A DNA stretch of 64,000 bases, from contig OZ244207.1 in assembly GCA_965216875.1 (NCBI GenBank), forward strand, positions 5,824,001 to 5,888,000, in the 5' to 3' direction. A program made the translations under genes and the position numbers. How positions within the stretch are numbered: position 1 is the first letter of the stretch; each line of letters starts with the position of its first letter. The notes under the pieces are model-generated. The model saw nothing but the letters and a program-made list of their open reading frames with translations. It did not search any database and was not told the origin of the DNA. Shown one piece after another: positions 49,524 to 60,462 of the stretch. The DNA is from Rubripirellula sp. Lineage in GTDB: Bacteria > Planctomycetota > Planctomycetia > Pirellulales > Pirellulaceae.

Positions 49524-52500
49524 TCAAAACAGGCTTCCTGTCTCGAGCAGCACCAACTCATCCTCGCTTTCTTCCAAGAAACCTCCGTCGCCAAACGCGG
49601 CGATTGCAGCATCGACGGCTTCGGCTTCACTCCTCGCTGCAAGACTCTCGCGTGCAAGATCGTTGATGACCAACAACGCATCGAGAGACGTGATGTCGCC
49701 GTCCCCACCAACATCAAGATCCAAACCGGTCGCCTGTGCCTCGTCAGCGATCGTCGCCTGACTGCCAAAGCGGTTTAGAAAGTTGATGACCAGCAGTGAA
49801 TCGAGCGCAGTGACTTGTCCGTCACGATTCACATCAGCCGAAAGCCGCGAATTCTGGAGACTAACACTGCGTGCCGAACAGGCTCCATCGACGCCGCTGC
49901 AAACATCTGCCTCAGGATCAAACAACAAGACAGTGATGGTCGCGATCGGCATCAACCCATTAAATGCTGATTCGAGCGTCCCGGTCGGAACCCCCGTCCC
50001 AATGAATTCGTCAAGTCCAGCGTGCCGATGAATGACGCCTCCTTCGTCGACCGAGTCGCCACCTTCGGTTGAATAGGCCGCGCCGCCCAGTGGGTCGTTT
50101 ACCTCGGTGCCAGCGTCGAGGATGTCGCGACCGTATATCGTGATCTGCCGTGCTCCCTGGAAGTTACCGAGTTCGTCGAACAACTCGTACTGCCGTGAAT
50201 TGCGATTGGCTACAAACGCATCATTCGACGGAATCACCATACTGACGAAACTGAAGAAACGATTGAGGCTCGAATCCTCCACCTCAATCACTTGTGTCGC
50301 GATCTCACCCGGTTCGATGACAGGAGCCCCCGCAAACCCTTGAGGTGCAGCGATGACGGAACTGGTACCGTCTGACTCTCCTGCAAAACGTGCAACGAGT
50401 TCGCTCGTGTCACCCTCTTCGGCAATCAACTCCAACCCACCAAATTCGGACGCCAATGCTCCTCCGCGAGCGACTTCGAACGCGCCATCGTGAAACCCTA
50501 CAAAGAAGGGCGTGAGTGCCAGTCCGCCCTCCGGCGTCAACGATTCGATCTCAACCTGCAGCCGCACGCCCACATCGACTTGAAACGCACCAACAACGTC
50601 AGACTCACTGGCTTGGCCAAGCGTATCACTCACTTCACCGGGGCGCAGATTGACGGTATACCGCCCATTGTCGCGTCCGGTGAATTGGCCGTCTTGAGTT
50701 GTCACCGTGTAGGTCGCGGTTACCGTCGTGGGTGTCGTTCCGATCGCCGCATCCGTCTCCACTGCAGTCACCGTCAACTGCCTAGCCAATGGCCCAACCA
50801 CTGCGATGTCTTCGATTCCGATCGATGTCGGGTCAATGCCAGATGGATCGCTATAGGTGACATGAACCTCGTGCGTTGTCGCCCCCGCAACCACGACATC
50901 GTCGGCCGCGACGCTGGCGGTCGGCCCATCGCTGTCGACCGGCAGCGACGTTCCATCTGTCAAACTGATTGTGATGCGTGCCAGTGGCGTATCGCTCACA
51001 AAAGCAGACTCGAGCGTTTCACCTGTCGGCAATCCGGATCCGATGAAGTCGTCCAGCCCTTGGTGCCGCGTGATCACACCGTTCTCATCCACGCCATCGC
51101 CGCCTTCAGTCGAGAAGGCAGCCCCGCCGTCCACCTGATTCAGTTCCGTTCCGGCATCCAAAACGTCGCGTCCGGTCAACGTGATCGTTTGCGTTCCCAA
51201 AAAGAAACCATCTTCATCAAACAATTCGTAGGCCCGCGCGTTTAGGTTGGCAAAGAACGCATCGTTAGATGGAATCAGCATGCTCGCGAAACTGAAGTAC
51301 CGATTCAAGTTGGTATCGAGAACCGAGAGCGTTTGTGATGCCACTTCACCAGGTTCAATGACCGGCGCGCCAGCGAATCCCTCGGGCGCGACAAGGACGG
51401 TATCGACACCACTTGATTCGGCTGCAAACCGAGCAACGACACCCGAGACATCCCCTTCTTCGGCGAGTGCCTCCAAACCACCAAACTCGGCGGCGACAGC
51501 GCCGGCTCGAGCAAGTTGGAAGTTGCCCTCATGCACGCCCACCCAGAACGGAGTTTGTGCCAAGCCCCCTTCGGCTGCGAGATTCTCGACAGTGATTGTC
51601 AGTTGCACGGGCACCAACACCTGTAATGATCCAAGCGCTTCCGCGGTAACTTCGTTTCCAAACACGTCACCCACTTCGCCATCAGCCAATGTGATCGTGT
51701 ATAGCCCGTTGTCAAAAGTCGAATACGGATCGCCGTCGGCGGTTGCGATTTGGTAGGTCGCGGTCACTGTTCTCGGATCGGCAGTGTCAGCGTCCGTGGT
51801 GACACCGACCACTTCGAGTGGTTCGTTGAACAAGCCAGTCACTTCAATGTCGCGGGTGTCGATGGTTGAAACGTCGACACCCGAGGCATCGCTGTAGGTC
51901 ACGCGCACCTCATGCGTGTTTGCACCGGGACTCATCAAGTCGGTGATGTCCGCGTTTGCGGTCGGTGCCTTATCGTCAATCGCATCGGCGGGCGCGTCCG
52001 CAAGACTGATCGTGATGCGTCCGATCGGCGTCATGTTGCCAAATGCCTGGCCAAGCGTCCCCGTTGGGACTCCGGTTCCGATGAATTCATCCAAGCCGTC
52101 ATGGCGTCTGATAACGCCACCCTCATCCACCGATGTTCCCCCTTCGGTACTGTAGGCAGCGCCGCCGCCAACCTGGTTCACTTCAGTGCCGGCATCCCAG
52201 ATATCTTGTCCATAGAGCGTGATCGTGCGAGCGCCCGTGAAGTTGCCCGACCGGTCAAACAGCTCAATACCACGGGGGTCCAGGTTCGCAATGAATGCGT
52301 CGTTGGATGGAATCACCATGCTCGCGAAACTAAAAAATCGGTTTCGCTGCGGATCGCTCACGTCAAACGCTTCAAGTACCGACTCACCTGGCTCGAACAC
52401 AGGGGCTCCAGCGAATCCGTCGGGGGCAAAGATGACGGTCGCATCGTTCCCCGTCTCGGACTCGAAACGTGCGACCAATTCACTCGGATCACCATCTTCG

Positions 52501-53813
52501 GCGATCAGTTCCAAGCCTCCAAAATCACTCGCAACGCCGCCTGCACGAGCGACTTCGAAGTTGCCATTGTGAACACCGACAAAGACCGGCGTCTGCGCAA
52601 GCCCACCGAGTTCCGACAAGTTTTCAAACGTAACGTTCAACCGCACCGGAGCGTCTACGGTGAACTCACCAAGTCGTTGTTCAGCAGCTGTATGCGCAAA
52701 AGTGTCACCCACCTGGTCACCTAGCAATACGACGCTGTAGATACCATTGTCCAAATGCGTAAACGATCCCGAGTCGGGCGCGACACGATACGTTGCAACA
52801 ACTTCGCGCGGCGTCGTCCCGGCCGCTGCGTCCGTGGTCACAGACAAGACATCCAGCTGAGTCAAGAAAGGACTCGTCACGCGCAGATTGCTTGGCGTGA
52901 TGCTCGTCAGATCGATTCCCGATGGATCGCTGTAGGTGACCGCAATCTCGTGGTAGTCAGCGCGTTGAGTCAGATCGCTCGCGTCGAATTGCACACGAGG
53001 AGCCGTCGCATCGATCGGGTCGCTCGGGTTTGAGGCTTGAGAAATCGTGATTCGTGCAATCGGCGTCTGGGACTGGAACGCGCGTCCAAGTGTCTCGCCT
53101 GTAGGTAACTCCGAACCGATGAAGTCGTCCAGGCCCGTGTGTTGAGCGATCACGCCATTTTCGTCTGCCGACGTGCCACCCGCTGTTGCGAACGCCGCTC
53201 CGCCGGCTGGATCATTCACCTCAGTCCCAGCATCCCATACCTGCGAGCCGTAGACGACAATCGTTTGAGGCCCGAGGAAATCGCCCGAACTGTTGAAGAT
53301 GCGATAGGCTTGCTGGTTCAAGTTACCAATGAACGCGTCGTTGGACGGAATCAGCATCGAGGCAAAGCTAAAGTACTGACTCTGCAGTGGATCATCGACG
53401 GTGAACTGTTCGGTGACGACTTCGCCAGCCTCGAACACGGGCGCTCCCGCGAAACCATCCGGCGCCAAAACCACCGCATCGTTGCCAACGCCATCGGCCG
53501 CAAATCGAGCGACAAGTTCACTCGGATCACCTTCTTCGGCAATGAGTTCAAGCCCACCGAAATCGGATGCCGCAGCACCGAGATCTCCCAAATCGAAGCT
53601 ACCGTCATGCGCCGCGATCCAAACGGGCGTGTTCCCCAAACCTGTTTCCTCGGACAGGTTCTCGATGCTGATCTGTAACACCTCCGCAGCCAACAAGCGT
53701 CGACGTTCAAGCGATTCGAGATTCAGCTTGCGTGAGTTTGTTTTGCGATTGGAAGATTGATTAGACAAGCCGGAACGACGCGCCGATTTAGCGCGGGCAA
53801 AAAGCGATCTCAT
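49524..53813 (-). CDS. Large surface protein with four spondin_N-like domains, three Ig-like spacer domains and a dockerin
   Basis: RKLNLESLERRRLLAA; four TP.(W/F)V..H.G.F..LE.(I/L)AE.GD..SF.SM.IPSNDAF..DAGTE.N units; three V.VTYSD.SG.D..ATY..DNG.Y units; ADVNRDGQVTALD/DVGGDGDITSLDAL; start moved to ATG 53813. Confidence 0.88.
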   Translation of the reverse strand: MRSLFARAKSARRSGLSNQSSNRKTNSRKLNLESLERRRLLAAEVLQISIENLSEETGLGNTPVWIAAHDGSFDLGDLGAAASDFGGLELIAEEGDPSELVARFAADGVGNDAVVLAPDGFAGAPVFEAGEVVTEQFTVDDPLQSQYFSFASMLIPSNDAFIGNLNQQAYRIFNSSGDFLGPQTIVVYGSQVWDAGTEVNDPAGGAAFATAGGTSADENGVIAQHTGLDDFIGSELPTGETLGRAFQSQTPIARITISQASNPSDPIDATAPRVQFDASDLTQRADYHEIAVTYSDPSGIDLTSITPSNLRVTSPFLTQLDVLSVTTDAAAGTTPREVVATYRVAPDSGSFTHLDNGIYSVVLLGDQVGDTFAHTAAEQRLGEFTVDAPVRLNVTFENLSELGGLAQTPVFVGVHNGNFEVARAGGVASDFGGLELIAEDGDPSELVARFESETGNDATVIFAPDGFAGAPVFEPGESVLEAFDVSDPQRNRFFSFASMVIPSNDAFIANLDPRGIELFDRSGNFTGARTITLYGQDIWDAGTEVNQVGGGAAYSTEGGTSVDEGGVIRRHDGLDEFIGTGVPTGTLGQAFGNMTPIGRITISLADAPADAIDDKAPTANADITDLMSPGANTHEVRVTYSDASGVDVSTIDTRDIEVTGLFNEPLEVVGVTTDADTADPRTVTATYQIATADGDPYSTFDNGLYTITLADGEVGDVFGNEVTAEALGSLQVLVPVQLTITVENLAAEGGLAQTPFWVGVHEGNFQLARAGAVAAEFGGLEALAEEGDVSGVVARFAAESSGVDTVLVAPEGFAGAPVIEPGEVASQTLSVLDTNLNRYFSFASMLIPSNDAFFANLNARAYELFDEDGFFLGTQTITLTGRDVLDAGTELNQVDGGAAFSTEGGDGVDENGVITRHQGLDDFIGSGLPTGETLESAFVSDTPLARITISLTDGTSLPVDSDGPTASVAADDVVVAGATTHEVHVTYSDPSGIDPTSIGIEDIAVVGPLARQLTVTAVETDAAIGTTPTTVTATYTVTTQDGQFTGRDNGRYTVNLRPGEVSDTLGQASESDVVGAFQVDVGVRLQVEIESLTPEGGLALTPFFVGFHDGAFEVARGGALASEFGGLELIAEEGDTSELVARFAGESDGTSSVIAAPQGFAGAPVIEPGEIATQVIEVEDSSLNRFFSFVSMVIPSNDAFVANRNSRQYELFDELGNFQGARQITIYGRDILDAGTEVNDPLGGAAYSTEGGDSVDEGGVIHRHAGLDEFIGTGVPTGTLESAFNGLMPIATITVLLFDPEADVCSGVDGACSARSVSLQNSRLSADVNRDGQVTALDSLLVINFLNRFGSQATIADEAQATGLDLDVGGDGDITSLDALLVINDLARESLAARSEAEAVDAAIAAFGDGGFLEESEDELVLLETGSLF

Positions 53814-54168
53814 TTCGAATCCGAGAGGCAGGCGACATGAAGGCTGAAAAGATAACTGCCACGAAATGAGCTTCGAATAAGCGCGCCCGCCACGATTTGG
53901 GATGAAACATTCGCACGAAAAACATGCGAATCGAGCGTTGCGCTCGCCGCCCAAAAACGCCCTCCTCGCTGCCAAACGTTAGCGAGCAAACATGAAGACG
54001 AGCCAACCGTTCGCTGCGATACACACGGCCGTTTTATCGTCGATGTTTCTCACGAACATGCGTGCGCTGGGTGGCTCAGATGGTCCTAGTAAAGATCCGC
54101 GCGCCGACACCTGCGTGATCGACTTTTTCTGAAGCCCGCAAAAAAAGTCGTCGAAGATTCGCCGCTGC

Positions 54169-54780
54169 TCAGCGGTTGATGTCGACACCACCGCGTGAGA
54201 AGCAAATGCCCTGCGTTCCGCCAGTGCCAACCATCACCGCTTCGATCAACGGCTTGTTCAGTTCGTTGTCGCCGCACCAGTCGACCAGAAAGTTTGCTCC
54301 CGACCCGCCAGAGCTATCGCGGCGTTCGACAAGGAATTCGATCGTTTGCAGTGGCGCAAGCCTGATCGGTTGTTCGAGGTACGACTTCACTCGCTTGCCT
54401 GATGTGTCGTAATAATCGACTGTCTTTACATACAACGCGTCTTCGGTGTCGGTGTTACGAACGCTTAGGGTCACTTCCAACGAATAGGGCGAACCGCCCT
54501 GGAAGTAAACGTGTGAATAAACGGGAACGTAGACCAACTGTTGCAATGGAAGCGTCGCGACATCAACATCTCCAACGCTTTGCTCGTCGACCGAAGGTGG
54601 CTGATAACTGCGGGGCGGGACAAAGCTGATACGTTCCTCGACTTCGCCTAGTCGGTGATCGAGGTAAAAGGCAACGCCAGCGATGCAGGCAAAAATGGCG
54701 AGAAAGACACCAAAGAAAACGACCGCACCACGTTCCCACATCCAAACAAACCAGCCGGGATAGTCTTTTTCTTGTTCCAT
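54169..54780 (-). CDS. DUF3124 family protein
   Basis: VYVPVYSHVY, TLSVRNTD, VDYYDTSG, GGSGANFLVDW, PLIEAVMVG; N-terminal TM; start uncertain. Confidence 0.85.
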   Translation of the reverse strand: MEQEKDYPGWFVWMWERGAVVFFGVFLAIFACIAGVAFYLDHRLGEVEERISFVPPRSYQPPSVDEQSVGDVDVATLPLQQLVYVPVYSHVYFQGGSPYSLEVTLSVRNTDTEDALYVKTVDYYDTSGKRVKSYLEQPIRLAPLQTIEFLVERRDSSGGSGANFLVDWCGDNELNKPLIEAVMVGTGGTQGICFSRGGVDINR

Positions 54781-54880
54781 TTTCGGTTGCTCGTGATCGA
54801 ATGCCGCAGATGCCCCACGCCATTGTCTGACATAGCGACCGGCGCGTCGACGCCCAATGAGACCGGAAACTCGAGATGCG

Positions 54881-57800
54881 TCAATGACTGCCAGAAAACG
54901 CGGTGTCTTGTCCTTGGACAAGCAGGTAGGTTTGGTTCGCAGAGAGCGATCCGAAGTCCTCGGTGGTTCCGTCTGGCCATCGGACGCTCACGTCATTAAC
55001 GCGATCCGATCCGCCCAGCCCCGCGCGAAGGATTCGCTCGTTGCTGCACATGAATCCGTCTCCTGCGGTCGCCCAGAGGCTTCGCCTTTGACCATCAACT
55101 TCGAAAGTGACGACGGCGCCAACGGCGTCGCGTGACGAGTTCGTTCCTACAAGTCGAAACGCAATTCGACGGTTCTCTGTCTCGGTCTGGTTGATCAGCA
55201 GTTTTGCTGGCTCGAACGTGTGCGTCACCAGAACGTCAACCTTTCCATCGACGTTCGCATCGATGGTCCAAAGTGCTCGCCCAATGTGGTTGTTTGCAAA
55301 GTAGTCGTCCCAAGCATCATCGTCGACCAATTGAAAACGCCCATCGACTCCGCGGCGAAACACTTGGAAAGGCTCGCGCAGTGGAACTGCACGATCGGGA
55401 AATTCACTGATGTGGCCATTGGTGACCAGCAACTCGAGCAATCCATCGTTGTCGAGATCGATTGCTTCGGTTCCAAATCCGACCACGAGCACGGTAGGCT
55501 CCATCAAACCTTGACGCCCCGTCGAATCGACCCACGTTCCTGGTGAGACCTGTTCGTAGTAGATGTGGTACTCGTTCGCAAACCCGGTCACGAAGATGTC
55601 CAGATCACCGTCGTTGTCCATGTCGCCGCTAGCGATTCCCATTGAAGCCTGCGATCTGGACCTGCCATCAAGTGCCAACCCGCGTACGACCGCGCTGTCT
55701 TCGCGAGGATCGCCCCCACTCTTATCGACAAGGTAGTACTCATTGGCCGTCATGTCGTTGGCGATGTAGACCGCTTGATGGTCTGGCTGCAATTGCCCCG
55801 CCAAGATTCCCAAACCGCGTCCCGGCGTTACGCCCGCTTTCCATCGCGATGTCACATCAGCAAAACCACCTCTGCCGTCACCCTGAAGAAAGACATCATC
55901 TCTTGCCGCGAACTTGAGTGGATGACACGGGCCGGGAACGCCCGCCTCGTTGACGCAAGGCTGTTTGATCGTTTCCAACGCGTCGCAGTAGTTCGTCGTC
56001 ACCAAATCAACCACACCATCGAGGTTGACGTCAACAAATGCACCACAACTCGTCCATTGTTCTGCATCCTCACCTAACAATGCGGAAACATCTTGAAACG
56101 TTCCATCACCATTGTTCCTTAGTAACACGTTGTGACCGAAGTTGGCGTAGAACAGATCAGGGAATCCGTCTTGATTGAAGTCTCCGACTGCAACGCCCTG
56201 ACCAAAGTGGCGATCGCCAGCACCAGCCGCTTCCGTCACCGGACCAAAGCGACCACCCAAGTTTCGCAGCAACTCGTTGCTTTTCGAATCGATCCCACGC
56301 ATCGTTCCGGCCGCACCTGCGACCACCAGATCAGGCAACCCATCCAAATCAAAGTCGATCGTTCCTCCGCCGATGCCAAGTGAGCGTTCAAGTGGCATGA
56401 CGTCGACATCGCCAGGGTTGTTTTCTCCCCCGACGCCACCAAGTTCCCATTGACTCGTTGCGTCCTTCATTCGCAAGTGATCGGTTGATTCCAGTTTTGG
56501 CGACAGAACAATGCGGTCGCCGGCGTCGGGCTGAAGCGAATCAAACCTTGGCGGCGGTAGGTCAGAGAGATCGATTTGAAGCGCCGGCTGACTTGAAACC
56601 GAAACCCAACGATCGTCGAGCTCCAAATTCGCATCAACCTGTTTGCGGACCAAACTGAAATCGGGAGTCGGATCTTTGTAGAGTCGTGAAGCGATCCCGC
56701 ACCAGGCTTTGGCTTCTAGGTTTCGGCCCAATCCCGCCAGCAGTTTCGCCAACTGCACCGCATCTCGCTGACTTTGCATTTGGTTTTTCTGAAAACCCTT
56801 GATTTGCTGACGCACTTTTTGCAGATCCGAAACACGGCGTTCAATGTCAGCAAGCTGGTCGTCAGAAAAGCCTTGAGCTTCAGGCGAAGCTGATCCAGCG
56901 AGCTTGCCGATCGCACTCGCCAACCGGCTCCACGCCAGAATCTTATTGGGAGCGATCTGAGTGGCTTGCCAATAGGATCGACAGGCTCCCTGATGGTCTT
57001 GTCGATAGGCTGCCCAATCGCCTAGCGTCAACCAATAGTTCGCTTGGTTTGTGCTTTCTTCCCCGCGCGAGTTGTACCACTGTGGCATCTCTTCGTAGCG
57101 TTGGGCTGATGTCAGAAGCTGGCCGTACAATGCGTGCGCTGGTGCAAAGCCGGGGTGTTTTGCCAGGATCTGCTGCAACACGACCGCAGCTTCATCGTCC
57201 TTGTTGACGTCGTACAGATAGATCGCGTTTCCCAATCGGACGCGCTGGTCATCAGGATTGAGGCGTACCTGGCGCTGTCCAATCTCAGGTTTGAAGCGAT
57301 GCTGGTTCAGGTCGGTGATCATGCAGAGTAGTGACGCGTCCGTTTCACCTCCGCGAATCAGGGGCTCGACGTGCGCATTTGCGAGATCAGTTCGGCCAGC
57401 GCCAAGCAAAAAGGTGATCAATCGTTTGCGGAGCATCTGTTGATCCGGGTGCCGTTCCAAGCTGGTCTCATACAGCTCGATCACTTGGTACATCCGACCG
57501 AGGTCAAACAGCGACTTGCCGACGGCGTTGATGCGCGAGGAGGGTTGATAATCGCCTAGCTGGCAAGCGAGCAACATCAACTCAGCCATCTCATCGATGT
57601 CATGGTCATTCGACGCGACCTCAGCAGCGGCCATCATGACATCGGGGTCTTCTGGATGCTCGACCAAGGCGCGTTTGGCGTACGCTTTCGCCTGATCCCA
57701 ACGTTTTTGTTCGACAGCCGAAAGCAAACCTGTGGCAGAATCCACCTTCGAAGGTTTCGATGACTCTCTTGCAGCAGCCTTCGCGCTGGCGGCAAGCTTG

Positions 57801-57889
57801 CGGCGATTGGACTCGTCAGCCGAACTGCAGCCGGCAACGACGAGAACTACAGAGAACCACGCGAGCGAAAGGGACTTGCCACTTTTCAA
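54881..57889 (-). CDS. TPR + FG-GAP repeat + ASPIC/UnbV (CRTAC1-like) lipoprotein
   Basis: Lipobox VAGC; TPR-like helices; DFDLDGLPDL, GDFNQDGFPDL, GDMDNDGDLD; SRDAVGAVV..GDGFMCSNER..GLG..VRWPDG. Confidence 0.88.
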   Translation of the reverse strand: MKSGKSLSLAWFSVVLVVAGCSSADESNRRKLAASAKAAARESSKPSKVDSATGLLSAVEQKRWDQAKAYAKRALVEHPEDPDVMMAAAEVASNDHDIDEMAELMLLACQLGDYQPSSRINAVGKSLFDLGRMYQVIELYETSLERHPDQQMLRKRLITFLLGAGRTDLANAHVEPLIRGGETDASLLCMITDLNQHRFKPEIGQRQVRLNPDDQRVRLGNAIYLYDVNKDDEAAVVLQQILAKHPGFAPAHALYGQLLTSAQRYEEMPQWYNSRGEESTNQANYWLTLGDWAAYRQDHQGACRSYWQATQIAPNKILAWSRLASAIGKLAGSASPEAQGFSDDQLADIERRVSDLQKVRQQIKGFQKNQMQSQRDAVQLAKLLAGLGRNLEAKAWCGIASRLYKDPTPDFSLVRKQVDANLELDDRWVSVSSQPALQIDLSDLPPPRFDSLQPDAGDRIVLSPKLESTDHLRMKDATSQWELGGVGGENNPGDVDVMPLERSLGIGGGTIDFDLDGLPDLVVAGAAGTMRGIDSKSNELLRNLGGRFGPVTEAAGAGDRHFGQGVAVGDFNQDGFPDLFYANFGHNVLLRNNGDGTFQDVSALLGEDAEQWTSCGAFVDVNLDGVVDLVTTNYCDALETIKQPCVNEAGVPGPCHPLKFAARDDVFLQGDGRGGFADVTSRWKAGVTPGRGLGILAGQLQPDHQAVYIANDMTANEYYLVDKSGGDPREDSAVVRGLALDGRSRSQASMGIASGDMDNDGDLDIFVTGFANEYHIYYEQVSPGTWVDSTGRQGLMEPTVLVVGFGTEAIDLDNDGLLELLVTNGHISEFPDRAVPLREPFQVFRRGVDGRFQLVDDDAWDDYFANNHIGRALWTIDANVDGKVDVLVTHTFEPAKLLINQTETENRRIAFRLVGTNSSRDAVGAVVTFEVDGQRRSLWATAGDGFMCSNERILRAGLGGSDRVNDVSVRWPDGTTEDFGSLSANQTYLLVQGQDTAFSGSH

Positions 57890-57995
57890 AAACTGACTCC
57901 ACGAATTGACGAACCGAAGAACCGAATGTATTCGTCGCCCATTTTGCGGTCAACTTGATCATCCCAGACCTGGCGGGGTATGGCCTTCACCCTCG

Positions 57996-58721
57996 CTACT
58001 TCAATGGGATCTCGGCACCCTTGTCTTTGGACTGCTGATAGATGTCCGACATTTCATCATAGGCCTTGCGCAGCTTCTTGAGCCGCTTTTCGAATCCTAC
58101 GCGGTCCTTTTCACCGCAGCTTGCGATCAGGTCTTTGACACACCAAGCATTCCAGTAATGATTCTTGTGTGCGTACTCGGCGTCAGGAATCTTGAAGATC
58201 TCCTGGTGCATGCGAATGTCGTGGGGAATATTGAACGCGTCCTTCGAGTCCTCATAGGTGAACAGATAGAAGAAGTTGTCAAAGCCTCCCCAAGTGATGC
58301 TCGACAGACAGAGCGGACAGGGCTCGTGCGTCGAAAGAAAAACGCATTCGCTCGCAGGCGGACGCTCGTTTCTTGGAACGTCGTAAAACGAAAAGATTGT
58401 CGTCACTTCACCGTGCATCAGTGGGTTGCCAGATTCGGTGTTGGTCTCGGCCACCACCGTCGAGAGATCCGACTTCTTCAGCACCGCACCACCGAAGAGT
58501 TTGCTTCCGCCCCGGACCCCCTTCTGTGTTTTGGGGACAATCTCCTTTTCGATCACGGTTAGCAATCGATCGATGAACTGCACTTTGTCATTCGAGATTT
58601 TGGCAAAGTCTTCGTCGGTTGGATTGATACCTTTCTCCTTTGATGAGCTCCGGTCATCGGCTCTTCCCAACGATCCAACGAGCGTGCACACAGCAACCAT
58701 CAAAAAGCACCTGAATCGCAT
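57996..58721 (-). CDS. Zn-dependent nucleoside/nucleobase deaminase (CDA fold) with apparent signal peptide
   Basis: FGGAVL, NPLMHGEV (HxE), STHEPCPLC (PCxxC). Confidence 0.88.
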   Translation of the reverse strand: MRFRCFLMVAVCTLVGSLGRADDRSSSKEKGINPTDEDFAKISNDKVQFIDRLLTVIEKEIVPKTQKGVRGGSKLFGGAVLKKSDLSTVVAETNTESGNPLMHGEVTTIFSFYDVPRNERPPASECVFLSTHEPCPLCLSSITWGGFDNFFYLFTYEDSKDAFNIPHDIRMHQEIFKIPDAEYAHKNHYWNAWCVKDLIASCGEKDRVGFEKRLKKLRKAYDEMSDIYQQSKDKGAEIPLK

Positions 58722-58782
58722 TTCCTACCCTCCCACTCGAAACCGCTTGCTTGGCGACCAATCTAACATCCTGCCCAATAGG

Positions 58783-59400
58783 CTATGCTTCGCGTTTCGG
58801 TTTGCCGAGCAGTGCGATGGAACCTCGCCCGAGTTGTTCGCAGGTTGCTGCGGCCACCCCAAATTCAGCATCCAACGCTTCGACGCGACTCGCTTCGACG
58901 ACAGCCACTTTCCCGGACCAGGGGTCGGGCGAACCAGGCAAATAGACCGAAACGAGTCCGTTGTCTTCGCATCGCTCCGTTTCGAATCCGATGCGCCGCA
59001 TTTCGTCAAAGCGTATGACGACCGGCTTCATCTCTGCCTTGGCGTGGTCACCACCAATACTGTCAGCCATTTGGTCTTTCAAAATGGCATACCGTGGAAA
59101 CAGAAACACAAGTTTCTTCTCGAAGGCTTCAGAAAACTTCCGACTGAACGACCAACGTGCCAGGAGGCCTGCCGAAAAACAGAGCAACAGCAGAATGCCA
59201 ATCGACATTAGAAAGAGCAGCGCAATGCCGCTCGGCGTCTTGATAAACCCGGGAAGAATTCCAGCCAAGCCTTCAGCGATCGCCAGCACGATCGGAACAA
59301 CTTGGCCAACGAGCGCGCCGACGACAATCAAAGGCAACAGGAACAACAGTCCCCCGATCGCCGTCGTGCGCAGAAACCGAATCGGATTGTTGCGAGACAT
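58783..59400 (-). CDS. DUF502 family membrane protein
   Basis: TTAIGGLLFLLP, two TM helices, IGFETE..VSVYLPGSPDPWSG. Confidence 0.75.
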   Translation of the reverse strand: MSRNNPIRFLRTTAIGGLLFLLPLIVVGALVGQVVPIVLAIAEGLAGILPGFIKTPSGIALLFLMSIGILLLLCFSAGLLARWSFSRKFSEAFEKKLVFLFPRYAILKDQMADSIGGDHAKAEMKPVVIRFDEMRRIGFETERCEDNGLVSVYLPGSPDPWSGKVAVVEASRVEALDAEFGVAAATCEQLGRGSIALLGKPKREA

Positions 59401-59546
59401 CGATTTATCTTTCCCGGTGTAGGTGGTTGGATGCACCAACATACCCACCAACGCCACCCCACGTCGTCAACGACAGCTCCACATTCCCGGCGTCCAACAT
59501 TCTGATGTCGGACATTCCACGTCGGCCGGTCCGCTAAGATCAAGGC

Positions 59547-60200
59547 ATGACGCAGCAATCATCGCCTCCTTCGATCACCACTGGCCAGTTTTGGCATTTC
59601 GTCTCTCTGGCGATCTTGCTTGGGCTGACCTGGGCCGCTTGGAGCTGGCTTGCGAAACCTTTCCCCCTGCTCTTTTGGCTTGCAGTGGCTATTCCCATAC
59701 TGCACCAAGTCTACGTTTGGCTCGCTTGGCGGCTGGAACTTCGATCAGCTTGGACGAGCAATCGAATCGGGTTCCGCGGATACGTCGCTTGCTTCTTCCT
59801 TCTGTTTTTCGGACGCTTCCTTTCGCTCTTCGCTTTGGCTTGGGTCGACCGAGGATCACTCGAACTCCCGCTCGTTCCAAGGATCGTCCTCACTCTGTTG
59901 ATGATGCTGGCAGGCCTCTATGCGATGTATAGCGTTATGCGTTACTTCGGCATGGCTCGCGCCGCCGGCGCAGACCACTTTGATCCTGAATACCGCGCCA
60001 TGCCGCTGGTCAATCAAGGGATCTTTCGGTTCACCAACAACGGCATGTACCTCTACGCGTTCCTGCTTTTCTGGGCCATCGCCGTCGGCTTTGCGTCAAG
60101 CTCCGCTCTTGTCGTCGCCGCTTTCAGCCATGCCTACATTTGGGTCCATTTCTACGCCACAGAAAAGCCGGACATGAACTACCTCTATTCATCTCACTAG
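59547..60200 (+). CDS. Phospholipid methyltransferase-like (PEMT/ICMT) membrane protein
   Basis: Multiple TM helices; YFGMARAAGADHF, LVNQGIFRFTNNGMY, EKPDM..LY. Confidence 0.75.
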   Translation: MTQQSSPPSITTGQFWHFVSLAILLGLTWAAWSWLAKPFPLLFWLAVAIPILHQVYVWLAWRLELRSAWTSNRIGFRGYVACFFLLFFGRFLSLFALAWVDRGSLELPLVPRIVLTLLMMLAGLYAMYSVMRYFGMARAAGADHFDPEYRAMPLVNQGIFRFTNNGMYLYAFLLFWAIAVGFASSSALVVAAFSHAYIWVHFYATEKPDMNYLYSSH

Positions 60201-60462
60201 CTGGCTTGCCTGACATCCTTCCTGTTTGCCGTCCCAGCACGGAAGTGAACGACAACCGTTGTGATCACTGGCGCGAATCAGTAATGGCTATGCTGTTGGC
60301 TAAGAATTTGTCAAAGTGCCGCCACTTCGAAACAACTCGCGCCCAAAACGCTAAAGAATGGGGCCCAGTTTTGGCCGGCGACTCCAATCATGGAGTGGAC
60401 ACAATCACACTGATTCGCGGATGATCCATGACTCCTCTTTGCCCACTACCGCCTAGGTTTGC

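Noticed and set aside
48777..49778. ORFs across the right array (e.g. 48777-49463, 49025-49666)
   Set aside because: Repetitive GQST/VLCP/GDRAP peptides are just the 13-mer read in different frames; there are no protein-like features.
53820..54160. Possible structured leader upstream of the spondin gene, and the ORF extension to 53975
   Set aside because: No known RNA motif recognised; the extension lacks protein-like character and ATG 53813 gives a typical basic export leader.
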